Positions 41,751 through 54,206 are shown, counted from the first letter of the stretch. The stretch is DNA of 64,000 bases from an uncultured Verrucomicrobiae bacterium (GCA_963764165.1 CAVXRD010000002.1:2240001-2304000); one strand, 5' to 3'. Notes: generated by a model not told the origin, from the letters alone. A program made the numbers and translations.

Positions 41751-43196
41751 CTAATTTTTCAAGCTCTTGAGATCTGGCCGCCGCGACCAAGCCACCGGGG
41801 CCGGGATGGTTTTCGGCGGGGCCGAGCAAATTGGCAGACGCAGAGTGAAGGTGGCGCCGGCGCCGGGTGCGCTATGGCATTGGATGCTGCCACCCATGGC
41901 GTCGGCCAGGCGTTTAACGATGGCCAATCCAAGGCCGGTCGAGGATTCTCCGCCGGTTGGGCGCGCTGTTAAGCGGGTAAATTTCTGGAAGAGCTTCTTC
42001 TGGTCCGCCTCGCTGATACCGGGGCCTTCGTCACGGACGGACACCAATATATGATTCTGCTCCGGCAAGGTGTGGACGTGGATGGTCGAGTTGGGAGGGG
42101 AAAACTTCAGAGCATTGGAAATCAAATTGTCCAATATCTGCATGGTGGCCGCCGGATCGGCCTTGGCCCACAAGCCTTCAGAGACTCCCACGCGGATTTC
42201 AATCGCCTTCCGCGCCGCGTCTTGTTCCTGATGACTGACACTCCGTTCGACCAGTTTTCGCATGTCGCACGGTTCGAGGTTCGACACGAACATCCCCTGC
42301 TCGATGGCATTGACGTCGAGCAGATCCGTGATCAAATTCCGCATGCGCGTGGCTGCCAAAGAGATATTGTTGAGGTATTTGCCGGATTGCTCCGGATTGT
42401 CGCAAATCGACGCCATTTCGGTTGCGGTAACGATAATGGTCAGCGGATTCTTCAAATCATGCGCTGCCATGCCGAGGAATTCGTTCTTTTCGTTATTCAA
42501 GTGAACCAAGCGCTCGTTCGCCGCAAGAAGCTCGGCACGGGCGGCCTGCATCTTGGAGAAAGCCGTCACCCGAGCGCGCTCGAAAATGAAACTCAGCATG
42601 AAAATGAAGACGATCAGGCCAAGATAGCCTGCCGCAGAAATAATCGTCTCCCACTTCAGGTCATAAGTGATGGGGAGCCGGCCATAGTTTAATTCAAACG
42701 CGGCAACGCCCGCAGCGGCCAAAAACCCGACAATCGTCCACTGAATCGCCGCTTTCGGCCCGAGCAAAAGGTGAGCAGATAGAGGAACCGTCACCAGCCA
42801 CGCCATGGCATGACCTTGCAGACCGCCTTCAACGCAACTCAGCGCCGTAAAGCCACAAATCAATGACACGACGAGCACTTCGCCGCCCCAGCCCACTGAC
42901 CTGTGCTTGCGCGTGGCGACGGCAACGGCAAAAAACGCCGAACTGCAAACGGCAATAATCCTGAATCCCCAAATATGCCCTATGAGGAGATAGAAAATGG
43001 CGTAACAGAGCCCGAAAAATGCACCTAGAGCGCCACTTCGGAATACGATCTTGGCCCGGCGGGTCACCTCCGGATCTGGGGAAAAATCGTCCGGATAATC
43101 CAGCCAGTTGATCAAACGCATCAGCCGGCCTGGACTTGCTTTGTTTGTTGTTTTCTGTTCCCCCTGGACTTGATGAGATTGAGGATCAACCGTCAA
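41751..43196 (-). CDS. Membrane sensor histidine kinase (multi-TM input, HisKA, HATPase)
   Basis: About six TM helices; EFLGMAAHDLKNPL, QILDNLISNALKFS, VRDEGPGIS, STGLGLAIVK; no receiver domain. Confidence 0.92.
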   Translation of the reverse strand: MTVDPQSHQVQGEQKTTNKASPGRLMRLINWLDYPDDFSPDPEVTRRAKIVFRSGALGAFFGLCYAIFYLLIGHIWGFRIIAVCSSAFFAVAVATRKHRSVGWGGEVLVVSLICGFTALSCVEGGLQGHAMAWLVTVPLSAHLLLGPKAAIQWTIVGFLAAAGVAAFELNYGRLPITYDLKWETIISAAGYLGLIVFIFMLSFIFERARVTAFSKMQAARAELLAANERLVHLNNEKNEFLGMAAHDLKNPLTIIVTATEMASICDNPEQSGKYLNNISLAATRMRNLITDLLDVNAIEQGMFVSNLEPCDMRKLVERSVSHQEQDAARKAIEIRVGVSEGLWAKADPAATMQILDNLISNALKFSPPNSTIHVHTLPEQNHILVSVRDEGPGISEADQKKLFQKFTRLTARPTGGESSTGLGLAIVKRLADAMGGSIQCHSAPGAGATFTLRLPICSAPPKTIPAPVAWSRRPDLKSLKN

Positions 43197-44551
43197 AAAT
43201 GAACCCCCACGGTCAGCGCAAATATATGTGTGCTCACTACCGTCGTACTATCAGAGTATTCGCCAGAAAGCAAGCCACTTGTTCCAACATGCTGGGTGGC
43301 TGGCAGCGAGTATTGATAGGCGAAGTCAAAATGATAGCGATCCCAAACGTAACCCACGCCCGCGGTGATCGTGTTCTCCGTGATGGCGGCCGTCAAAGGG
43401 GTCAAAGTCGAATCCGGCACCGGGCTGCCGCCGTAAGCGTAGCCGGCGCGGAAAGTCAGGTTTTTCGTGGCCAGAAATTCCAAGCCAGTCCGATAAACGA
43501 ATTCGTTCTTCCAATCCAACGGAATATGGTCCTGAAAACTCGAACCGAGCAGGCTGTTGACGGCCGAGTTATTGCCGCCGGTCAAATTGACCGGCAGATT
43601 ATTGAAGGCGTTGGCCCAATCAATCCAATCCACTTGGAGGCTCGCCCGCACTTGCGGATGGAATTTCCATGACGATCCCAATGAAACGCTTTGGGGGAAG
43701 ATGTTTTTTACCTCGGCGTCGTAATGAAAAGGAGCATTCGCAACTTGGGCATAAGGATTTCCGCTTGCGTTGCCGTGGGTATCGACGCGGGTCTGGCTTT
43801 CGTAGGCGAGGCCAAACTGCCACTGGTCGTTCAGCTTGTAAAGCATGCCTGCATTGGCGTTCGCTCCCCAGCCAGTGGTGCGCAGGTCGAGCAGAGTCTT
43901 GGCCCCATTTAATCCGCCGCCTAACGGTCCGCCCGTCATGCTCTGGAAAATATATGGCCCAACCAGCTCGTTCTGGTTGTAAACCGCGCCCCCGCTGGCG
44001 CCGAAAGACAAATTCGTGCCTATATGCCCAGCAAAACCCAGGGCGCTGCGCAGCACGACGATTTCTGACTTATCTTGCTGGTAACCATAGGTAACCCCGC
44101 CCAATCCACCCGCCGGATCATCGTAATGCCAATTCGCGTAGAGCGCGGATTCGGGCACAAACGAGAGGCCGACGGAAAGCGGCCAGGTTCCCAGCGGCAT
44201 CGCAAATGCGCCTTCCGGCAATGCCGAGCCGGAATGGGTCAGGGTGCCGTTGTCCGGCCCCTTCACCCAGTCGCCCGTCGCAAAACCACCCACCCCGCCC
44301 AGGGAAAGCTGTGGGCGATCCAGGAAGGCTATCCCAGCCGGATTCAATCCCATCGAACTCAGCGGATCAGCCGCCCACGCGACATCCGCGCCGCCCATGC
44401 CCATCGATTGGGCGCCAACGCCGTTTCCGTAGATACCGTCGGCTCTCGCATTGAGGCCGACCCATCCGAGCGCGATCAGGGACGCGCAGGTGAAGGTTGT
44501 TAATTTGTGTTGTCGGGTGCTGTTTAACGCTAGGTGACGTAGAGTCTTCAT
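43193..44551 (-). CDS. OmpP1/FadL/TodX family outer-membrane transporter
   Basis: GAQSMGMGGA, NPAGI hatch motif, WIDWAN, TFRAGYAY, terminal Phe (TVGVHF). Confidence 0.88.
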   Translation of the reverse strand: MKTLRHLALNSTRQHKLTTFTCASLIALGWVGLNARADGIYGNGVGAQSMGMGGADVAWAADPLSSMGLNPAGIAFLDRPQLSLGGVGGFATGDWVKGPDNGTLTHSGSALPEGAFAMPLGTWPLSVGLSFVPESALYANWHYDDPAGGLGGVTYGYQQDKSEIVVLRSALGFAGHIGTNLSFGASGGAVYNQNELVGPYIFQSMTGGPLGGGLNGAKTLLDLRTTGWGANANAGMLYKLNDQWQFGLAYESQTRVDTHGNASGNPYAQVANAPFHYDAEVKNIFPQSVSLGSSWKFHPQVRASLQVDWIDWANAFNNLPVNLTGGNNSAVNSLLGSSFQDHIPLDWKNEFVYRTGLEFLATKNLTFRAGYAYGGSPVPDSTLTPLTAAITENTITAGVGYVWDRYHFDFAYQYSLPATQHVGTSGLLSGEYSDSTTVVSTHIFALTVGVHF

Positions 44552-44666
44552 AATTCGGCGACTATCGGTTGCATGCGAGCCTCAATTTAGCCAAGTATTA
44601 TCATTTTTTGTCACATGAAAAGCAAAATAAGTTGACTCACGCGATTTAAATCGGCAAGATCCCTCA

Positions 44667-45926
44667 ATGCTTCGGTTCCGAGCGTTTCTCGTCTTTCTCT
44701 TGATCACCATTTCCCGGGTTGAGGGCCAACTAAGCTTCTCGGTCAATGCGGATGGTGTATCCGCAACGCTGGTTAAATTTTCCGGGAATGCCAGTTCGGT
44801 TGTGATCCCTCCGACTTACAATGGTGTGCCGGTCACCATCATCGGTTCGTCTGCCTTCTTTGATTCCGCGTATCTGCACAGCGTCGTGATTCCCGATTCG
44901 GTTACGAATATTCAGGATCACGCCTTTTCAGAATGTTTCGGCCTTAACTCGGTCAATATTCCGGCGGGCGTTACCACGATTGGGCCCGATGCATTTTGGG
45001 AGTGTTTTCAGCTGCCTGCATTGGTCCTTCCATCTGGTCTGACGAGCATTGCCGACAGCACGTTTTACGAATGTCAATTCACTACCTTTGAAATCCCTTC
45101 CGGGGTCACAAACATCGGAAATTCCGCCTTCGGCAGCAGCGGCCTCACTAATATAATAATTCCAGACTCGGTGCAGGTTATTTCAAATTCAGCCTTTCAA
45201 GGATGCGAGAGCCTCGTTTCGGTCTCGATCGGCTCGAATGTCTCGTATATCGGCCCCCATGCGTTTGACGGTTGTTGGGACTTGCAGAACATTGCCATCC
45301 CAACCAACGTCACGTTTCTCGGAAACTACGCTTTTAATATGTGCCTTGATTTGGGTTACGCGTACATTTCGGGAAATGTCGGCTCCATTCCATTTGACGC
45401 CTTCCACGGCTGCACCGGTCTGACCAATGTGGTTATTGGAAATGGGGTTACGGATATTGGAAGCGTTTCATTTTTCGGTTGCACGGCTCTCAATACCGTC
45501 ACGATCCCGTCGAGCGTCAATAATATCGACCTGGAAGCATTTGATGGCTGCAAGGCGTTGGCTAATATTCTGTTTGAGGGGCCGCCCCCAAACGTGGACT
45601 CGACGGCATTTAACATGGACCCCGGTGCCATGATCTATTACTCGACAAACTACGATGGGTGGTGGCCGGACACTTTTAATAATATCCCGACTGCCCTCTG
45701 GAATCCGCAGGTGCAGATTTTCGGTCCGAATTACGGCAATTCTGGAAACCACTTCGGAATCACAGTTAACGGGACGCCTGGTATCCCGATTGGCATCCAA
45801 GTCTCGACAAATCTCGCGACTTGGACGACGACCTCTACGTTTAGCCTTACCAACGGCGCTGCGAATTACGTCGATCCGCAATCGGCAACGGGTCCCGGTC
45901 GATTTTACCGTGTGATTTTTCCGTAA
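44667..45926 (+). CDS. BspA-type leucine-rich-repeat surface protein with C-terminal W...RFYR domain
   Basis: Signal peptide; repeats like IPDSVTNIQDHAFSECFGLNSVNIP; C-terminus IQVSTNLATW...YVDPQSATGPGRFYRVIFP. Confidence 0.9.
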   Translation: MLRFRAFLVFLLITISRVEGQLSFSVNADGVSATLVKFSGNASSVVIPPTYNGVPVTIIGSSAFFDSAYLHSVVIPDSVTNIQDHAFSECFGLNSVNIPAGVTTIGPDAFWECFQLPALVLPSGLTSIADSTFYECQFTTFEIPSGVTNIGNSAFGSSGLTNIIIPDSVQVISNSAFQGCESLVSVSIGSNVSYIGPHAFDGCWDLQNIAIPTNVTFLGNYAFNMCLDLGYAYISGNVGSIPFDAFHGCTGLTNVVIGNGVTDIGSVSFFGCTALNTVTIPSSVNNIDLEAFDGCKALANILFEGPPPNVDSTAFNMDPGAMIYYSTNYDGWWPDTFNNIPTALWNPQVQIFGPNYGNSGNHFGITVNGTPGIPIGIQVSTNLATWTTTSTFSLTNGAANYVDPQSATGPGRFYRVIFP

Positions 45927-46046
45927 TTCCGAACGATTCGGGAGGTTCTCGTTTTGTTCGATTGGCAATGGCTCATTACATTCGCCGCGCCCGTTTGGAA
46001 TTGCCGCGCAAATGCCCGCCCGATAGTCTGGCTTCGACGACATGCC

Positions 46047-46805
<759 letters not shown>

Positions 46806-46831
46806 CGAAGTCGGAAAAATCAAATCCCCAC

Positions 46832-48604
46832 GTGAACTGGGACCAATTCAAAACGATCGCCTGGCTGCGCTGGCGGCTGGCGCGCAATCAGTGGGCCCGC
46901 GGGAAAAATATCGGCGCGGCGCTGGCGGCGATCGCCACGATTGTGGCCGGCATGTCGGGGTTGATGGCGTTTTGCGTTGGAATTGTTGGCGGAATTTACG
47001 GCATGGGAAAGGCTTCGCTTCCGGTCTTCTGGGGTGTCTGGCTGGGCGCCTCGGGTATTTTCCTGTTTCTCTGGACTATTGGCTTGCTAGCGGAATTGCA
47101 GCGGTCCGAGATGATAGACCTTCAGAAATTAATGCATCTTCCCGTGCGGCTTGGGCAGGTCTTCACCATCAACTATATTGTTTCGCATCTTAGCACCGGT
47201 TTCATCATCACTTTTCCGGCCATCATGGGCCTCGTCATCGGAACTGTTTTTTCCTGCGGCGCCATAATGATCCTGCTGCTCCCCTTGGCCACGGGCATGA
47301 TCTTTATGGTGACGGCGTGGACTTACTGCCTGCGGGGCTGGCTGTCGACGTTGATGAGCAACCCGCGCAAACGCCGCACGGTCACAACCATGATCATGTT
47401 CTTTTTCATCCTGATTTCGCAGGGGCCGAATCTCTATTTCAACGTGATGCGCCGTTCCATGCACGTCAACTACAGCAAGGATCCTGCGGTGATGAAGAGC
47501 CAGCTCGAGGCCCAAAAATCCGCCACCCATCAGAAGCTCGACGCGCTGAAAGCCGCCCAAATGTATTTCCCGCCGCTGTGGCTGGCTTGGGGAGCGCAGG
47601 AATTGAAGGACGGAAACGTCCTCCCGGCGATTGGCGGAGCGGCTGGCTGCTGGCTCCTCGCCGCGCTCGGCTTGCGTCGCGCTTACACGGGAACGTTGAA
47701 ATATTATCGCGGCGATTCGAAAACGGGCGCTACCGCCATGAGTTCAATGCCGGCGAACACATCGTCCGCCCCCAAAATTTCCACCGGCCCGCCCGTCAAA
47801 GCGAGCATGGGGATGATGGAATGGAAACCCCCGTTCGTACCCGAGCAGTCCGCCGCGCTCGGACTCGCCACCTTTCGCTCGATGCTGCGGGCGCCGGAAG
47901 TAAAAATGCAGTGGGGATCCTCGATGCTGGCGACCATTGTTATTGGCGTGTCGTTCGCCTTCCGCCGAAATACGAATGTGCCGGAGGCTGGCCTTCCGTT
48001 TGTGGCCACAGGCGCGATGGTGTTCGCGATGTTCATGCTGGTGCAATTTTTTTCCAACCAATTTGGCTTTGATCGCGACGGTTTTCGCGCCTACGTGCTT
48101 TCGCCGGTGGATCGGCGGCTGATTTTGCTCGGAAAAAATCTGGCCTGTTTGCCGGCGGGCCTCGCCTACGGGCTGATCATTTTAGGGCTGCTGATGTATG
48201 GGGTTTCGCTTTCGCCGCTGGCCGCCGGCGCCGCTGTGTTCCAATTGTTGACTCTACTGATGCTGGCCGGAATGGTCGGAAACCTCCTGTCCATCTGGAT
48301 GCCATACAAAATCCAGGCCGGTTCAATGAAACCGACCAAGATGCCCGGCCTGACGATGCTGGTGATGATGCTCTGCCATCTTTTTTTCCCGATTGCGATG
48401 GCGCCAGTTTTCATTCCGCCGCTGGCTGCGTTTCTCTGGCACAGCGCGGGGATGCCACTCGCTGCCTTCGTGAATATGGGCTTTTCCGCGCTCCTGGCCA
48501 CCGGGGTGGCAGTCGGCTATTGGTATTCGCTCATTCCGCTCGGCCGACTGCTCCGCCGGCGCGAGATCAAAATTCTCAATACCGTCACCGCGGAAATCGA
48601 GTAG
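46832..48604 (+). CDS. ABC-2 type transporter permease
   Basis: About 12 TM segments; NQFGFDRDGF...LSPV...LLGKN motif; follows the ATPase gene. Confidence 0.8.
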   Translation: MNWDQFKTIAWLRWRLARNQWARGKNIGAALAAIATIVAGMSGLMAFCVGIVGGIYGMGKASLPVFWGVWLGASGIFLFLWTIGLLAELQRSEMIDLQKLMHLPVRLGQVFTINYIVSHLSTGFIITFPAIMGLVIGTVFSCGAIMILLLPLATGMIFMVTAWTYCLRGWLSTLMSNPRKRRTVTTMIMFFFILISQGPNLYFNVMRRSMHVNYSKDPAVMKSQLEAQKSATHQKLDALKAAQMYFPPLWLAWGAQELKDGNVLPAIGGAAGCWLLAALGLRRAYTGTLKYYRGDSKTGATAMSSMPANTSSAPKISTGPPVKASMGMMEWKPPFVPEQSAALGLATFRSMLRAPEVKMQWGSSMLATIVIGVSFAFRRNTNVPEAGLPFVATGAMVFAMFMLVQFFSNQFGFDRDGFRAYVLSPVDRRLILLGKNLACLPAGLAYGLIILGLLMYGVSLSPLAAGAAVFQLLTLLMLAGMVGNLLSIWMPYKIQAGSMKPTKMPGLTMLVMMLCHLFFPIAMAPVFIPPLAAFLWHSAGMPLAAFVNMGFSALLATGVAVGYWYSLIPLGRLLRRREIKILNTVTAEIE

Positions 48605-48613
48605 GCCGGGAAA

Positions 48614-48658
48614 TATAGGTCCTATACGTCGTATAAGTCATATAGGTCCTATAGGTTT
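48614..48658. repeat. Five tandem 9-bp TATAGGTCC-like units
   Basis: TATAGGTCC TATACGTCG TATAAGTCA TATAGGTCC TATAGGTTT. Confidence 0.8.
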
Positions 48659-48691
48659 GCCAACCGCCACATTCCAGTGTTTAGTCAAAGC

Positions 48692-49510
48692 ATGCTGGAA
48701 GATCATTTGGGAGATATTATTCGCAAAGGCCGCACCGCCGCCAACGCCACGCCGCAAAAGGCCGCGCAAACCGCCGGAATTTCAGAAGCTGAGTTGAGCG
48801 CGCTGGAGGAAAGCGGCAAACCCCCGGGCGCCGTGAATTTCCAGGCGCTCGGCCAAGCCATCGGCCTAAACGGCGCCAAGCTCGAACGCATCGCCAAAGG
48901 CTGGCATCCCGCCACGCCAAATTTGAGTGAGTGGTGTGAGCTGCGCCAATTTACGACGAGCGCCAATGACATGACCGTGCATTGCTACCTTATTTGGGAC
49001 GAGGTGTCCCGCGAGGCGGCGCTTTTTGACACTGGCTGGGATGCCGCGCCAATTTTCAAATTGATCGAGGAGAACGGTTTGAATTTGCGCCATCTTTTTA
49101 TCACCCACACGCATGAAGACCATGTGGCCGCAATGGGCGCCGTGCGTGAGAAATTTCCCAAGCTGCATCTGCACACTAACGCCAAGGGCGCCCCGCCGCA
49201 GCACCGGAATCGCGCCAACGATTTTCTCCAGCTCGGCAGCCTGCGCATCACCAATCGCGACACGCCCGGCCATGCCGAGGACGGTGTCACCTATATTATT
49301 GGCAACTGGCCCGAGGACGCCCCGCACGTCGCCATCGTGGGCGACGCGATTTTTTCGGCATCGATTGGCCGCGGCAACCAATCGTGGGATTTGGCCCGCC
49401 AAAAAGTGCGCGAACAAATTCTGACCCTTCCCGATACGACCCTGCTTTGCCCCGGCCACGGCCCGCTGACGACGGTTGCGGAAGAGAAAGAAAACAACCC
49501 ATTTTTCTGA
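48692..49510 (+). CDS. MBL-fold metallo-hydrolase with N-terminal XRE-like helix-turn-helix
   Basis: LGDIIRKGR...AAQTAGISEAELSALEESG (HTH); THTHEDH, TPGH, VGDAIF, CPGHGP. Confidence 0.85.
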   Translation: MLEDHLGDIIRKGRTAANATPQKAAQTAGISEAELSALEESGKPPGAVNFQALGQAIGLNGAKLERIAKGWHPATPNLSEWCELRQFTTSANDMTVHCYLIWDEVSREAALFDTGWDAAPIFKLIEENGLNLRHLFITHTHEDHVAAMGAVREKFPKLHLHTNAKGAPPQHRNRANDFLQLGSLRITNRDTPGHAEDGVTYIIGNWPEDAPHVAIVGDAIFSASIGRGNQSWDLARQKVREQILTLPDTTLLCPGHGPLTTVAEEKENNPFF

Positions 49511-49533
49511 GCCGCGCGATTACGCCCGAAGGA

Positions 49534-49690
49534 CGGTAGGGCGAGGCTCTGGACGAGCCGTTCCCCAGAAGCAGCGCAGACTTCCAAGTCTGCCGTATGG
49601 CGGATTTCCAAATCCGCTTGCCGCAACACCGCATGCAGGTTTGGAAACCTGCGCTACGAGGGACGGCTCGGCAGGAGCCTCGCCCTACCG
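49534..49690. repeat. Nested REP-like palindromes (one REP doublet inside another)
   Basis: Outer arms CGGTAGGGCGAGGCTCTGGACGAGCCGT (49534-49561) and ACGGCTCGGCAGGAGCCTCGCCCTACCG (49663-49690). Inner element GCAGCGCAGACTTCCAAGTCTGC...GCGGATTTCCAAATCCGC...GCAGGTTTGGAAACCTGCGCTAC (49571-49657). GTAG/CTAC ends. Confidence 0.85.
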
Positions 49691-49714
49691 AGTTTTAACG
49701 GAATTTTATATTTA

Positions 49715-49742
49715 TTGTATTCCCACGCTATAGTGGTATAAT
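49715..49742 (+). promoter_or_regulatory. Strong sigma70-type promoter upstream of pgi
   Basis: TTGTAT-N16-TATAAT with extended -10 (TGgTATAAT) and an AT-rich upstream tract. Confidence 0.55.
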
Positions 49743-49907
49743 ACCCACATGGTTACAAATGCCATGCGAGGCCCGGTTTTTCGTGATCTTAACTTCTGTC
49801 CCATTTGCCCGTGTGATTTCATTTCCTGGTGTAGCGTCCGCAAACATGAGCCGCCGCAAGTCCGCAGTTGGCTTATTGGATGAATTGGGCTTATCTTCCG
49901 CCTTGCC

Positions 49908-51485
49908 ATGACAACGACACAACAGCTCTGGGACCGCTTTAAAAAATATTACGCGGCATTTCCGTCCATCGGCCTTTCTATTGACATTAGTCGGATGAAT
50001 TTCGGCGATGATTACCTTGCCTCAATGGAGCCGAAAATCCAAAAGGCGTTTTCGGCCATGGCCGAATTGGAAAGAGGCGCCATCGCCAACCCGGATGAAA
50101 AACGCATGGTTGGGCACTACTGGCTGAGAAACGCAATCCTTGCCCCTACGGCGGACTTGAGGAAGGAGATCGAGACGACCCTGGAAGCCATTAAGTCATT
50201 CACTATCAAGGTACACGATGGCGAAATCAAAGGAGAAAAAGGGGCGTTCAAGAATCTTCTTGTGATCGGCATCGGCGGTTCCGCTCTCGGCCCCGAATTT
50301 GTAGCCAACGCTCTCAGCCAACCGGGCAAAGACAAACTGGAGCCGTTTTTCTTCGATAATACCGATCCTGACGGCATGGAGAAGGTTCTGGCCCGTTTGG
50401 GCAACGGCTTGGGGCAGACCTTGTGTGTCGTCATTTCCAAATCCGGAGGCACCCAGGAGACTCGAAACGGAATGTTGGTGGCAAAGAAGGCCTTTGAAAC
50501 CGCTGGCATGAAGTTCGAGAAACACGCCGTTGCAATCACCGGCGTCGGGAGTGCGTTGGATAAAGTGGCGGTCGCGGATGGCTGGCTCACCCGATTCCCC
50601 ATGTGGGATTGGATCGGCGGGCGCACAAGCGAGACTTCGGCGGTCGGTCTCGTTCCTGCGGCGTTGCAGGGTTTCGACATCACCGAAATCCTTCGTGGGG
50701 CGAAAGTTTGTGACGAAGTGACTCGTTCAACTTCCGTTTCCACCAATCCGGCCGCCCAATTGGCTTTGATGTGGTTTTACATCGGTAACGGTAAAGGCGC
50801 GAAAGATATGGTGATTTTGCCATATAAAGACCGTTTGGAGCTGTTTTCTCGCTACCTTCAGCAATTAGTGATGGAATCTTTGGGTAAAGAATTGGATTTG
50901 GACGGCAAGGTTGTCAACCAAGGCATTGCTGTTTACGGAAACAAGGGTTCTACCGATCAGCATGCCTATGTTCAGCAGCTTCGCGAGGGCGTGAACAACT
51001 TCTTTGTGACGTTTATCTCGGTTTTGAAAGACCAAGACGGCAAGCCTTTAATGGTGGCGGATGGCGTTACCCCCGGCGACTTCTTGCAGGGCTTTTGGCT
51101 TGGCACAAGACAGGCCCTGCACGAAAAGAGCCGCGAATCCATTTCATTGACACTAACGGAAGTTTCTCCATTTTCCGTGGGAGCTTTGATCGCTCTCTTC
51201 GAGCGTGCGGTTGGCTTTTACGGGACCCTCGTTAATGTGAACGCGTATCATCAACCTGGGGTCGAGGCAGGCAAGAAAGCTGCCAACGCGATTATTTCGC
51301 TTCAATTGAAAGTGGTGGAATTCTTGAAGAAAACCCCGTCCTCCACCGTTGATCAGATCGCGGCGTCTGTTGGAACGTCAGAAATCGAGCACGTCTTTTA
51401 CGTCTGCGAACACCTCGCTGCCAACAAAACCTTGAGCAAGTCGCCGGGCGCATCGCCTTTTGCGGCGACATACAAACTCGCTTAG
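49908..51485 (+). CDS. pgi: Glucose-6-phosphate isomerase
   Basis: [59 protein letters not shown]. Confidence 0.97.
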   Translation: MTTTQQLWDRFKKYYAAFPSIGLSIDISRMNFGDDYLASMEPKIQKAFSAMAELERGAIANPDEKRMVGHYWLRNAILAPTADLRKEIETTLEAIKSFTIKVHDGEIKGEKGAFKNLLVIGIGGSALGPEFVANALSQPGKDKLEPFFFDNTDPDGMEKVLARLGNGLGQTLCVVISKSGGTQETRNGMLVAKKAFETAGMKFEKHAVAITGVGSALDKVAVADGWLTRFPMWDWIGGRTSETSAVGLVPAALQGFDITEILRGAKVCDEVTRSTSVSTNPAAQLALMWFYIGNGKGAKDMVILPYKDRLELFSRYLQQLVMESLGKELDLDGKVVNQGIAVYGNKGSTDQHAYVQQLREGVNNFFVTFISVLKDQDGKPLMVADGVTPGDFLQGFWLGTRQALHEKSRESISLTLTEVSPFSVGALIALFERAVGFYGTLVNVNAYHQPGVEAGKKAANAIISLQLKVVEFLKKTPSSTVDQIAASVGTSEIEHVFYVCEHLAANKTLSKSPGASPFAATYKLA

Positions 51486-51499
51486 CGTATTCTTTTCCC

Positions 51500-53389
<1,890 letters not shown>

Positions 53390-53407
53390 TCGTATAATCT
53401 ATTACCC

Positions 53408-53426
53408 TAACGTCAATATGACGTTA
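53408..53426. promoter_or_regulatory. Palindromic operator-like site before the antitoxin gene
   Basis: TAACGTCA-ata-TGACGTTA, between a TATAAT (53393-53398) and ATG 53438. Confidence 0.6.
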
Positions 53427-53437
53427 AACTGACTTCG

Positions 53438-53737
53438 ATGAAGACGTTGCCAAAAATGGAGATTAGTGACGAGTTGGACGCATATATCGCCGAGGGCATG
53501 GCCGCATCGGAATTGTGCAAGGCTGACGTGATTCGACAGGCGCTCCGCATCGGTTTGCCACAGTTCGCCGCTCGCTTCCAACCCGCGCCCCTGTGGCTGG
53601 AAGAACGAATCCGCGAGGCGCTTGAAGAACCCGCCGAAGAAACGAGCCTTAAACAATTCAGCGAAACCATGTCAGCCATCGCCGATGAGCCCCATTTATC
53701 GCTGGAATGGCCAGACACTCACGGTAATCACGGTTGA
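53438..53737 (+). CDS. ParD-like ribbon-helix-helix antitoxin (3' end probably altered by deletion)
   Basis: ISDELDAYIAEGMAASELCKADVIRQALR resembles the ParD/RHH pattern; acidic C-terminal half. Confidence 0.6.
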   Translation: MKTLPKMEISDELDAYIAEGMAASELCKADVIRQALRIGLPQFAARFQPAPLWLEERIREALEEPAEETSLKQFSETMSAIADEPHLSLEWPDTHGNHG

Positions 53738-53804
53738 ACATACCGCCCAAGATTTGCCATCTCGACTTGCAAGCATTGTCCCCACTCCAAAACGGTCGAC
53801 TTGA
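53685..53804 (+). pseudogene. Remnant of a ParE/RelE-family toxin (C-terminal part only)
   Basis: MSPIYRWNGQTLTVITVEHTAQDLPSRL matches the ParE C-terminal pattern I.YR....v.i.rv.H..rDl; only 39 aa. Confidence 0.55.
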
Positions 53805-54176
53805 GCATCCGCAAGGGATCGTTCCGGTCGAGCAACGACTCTGACATTTTTTTGGGTTGCGGCTCTCCCGCTCGGCCGACCTACGTCTTTGGCGTCTTGG
53901 CGTTACGAACCGGCTCCGCAATATTTCTCCAAAAATCGTGCCAAAAACACTCTGGTAGGTTTTCCGTCTCGCCCCATCCGTGCCAAAATGCGGCGCGATG
54001 CATACTAAATGTATTGGTGGAAGAAGGGCGGCCCGTCATTTCGTGATGATGCGCCCCAGTCTCCGCACTCTATCATCGATGCCACCGCGCATCGCTCAAC
54101 GTTTACAATCGGAGGAAATACGGCCTACGTCTCGCCAAATTGAAAGTCGCCATCAGGCTTTGGCGCGGGAAAAAGC

Positions 54177-54206
54177 ATTGCATCCTATTGCACCCTATTG
54201 CACCTA
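54177..54206. repeat. Three tandem 10-bp ATTGCACCCT-like units
   Basis: ATTGCATCCT ATTGCACCCT ATTGCACCTA. Confidence 0.75.

Noticed and set aside
53838..53905. Fragments resembling dispersed repeats (GGTTGCGGCTCTCCCGC; CGTCTTTGGCGTCTTGGCGTT)
   Set aside because: Too short and degenerate, with no partner arm in the window; cannot be supported without genome-wide counts.
53925..53990. Two minus-strand TGGCACG sigma54-like motifs
   Set aside because: One lacks the -12 GC, the other has a poor -12 context, and no credible downstream gene is on that strand.
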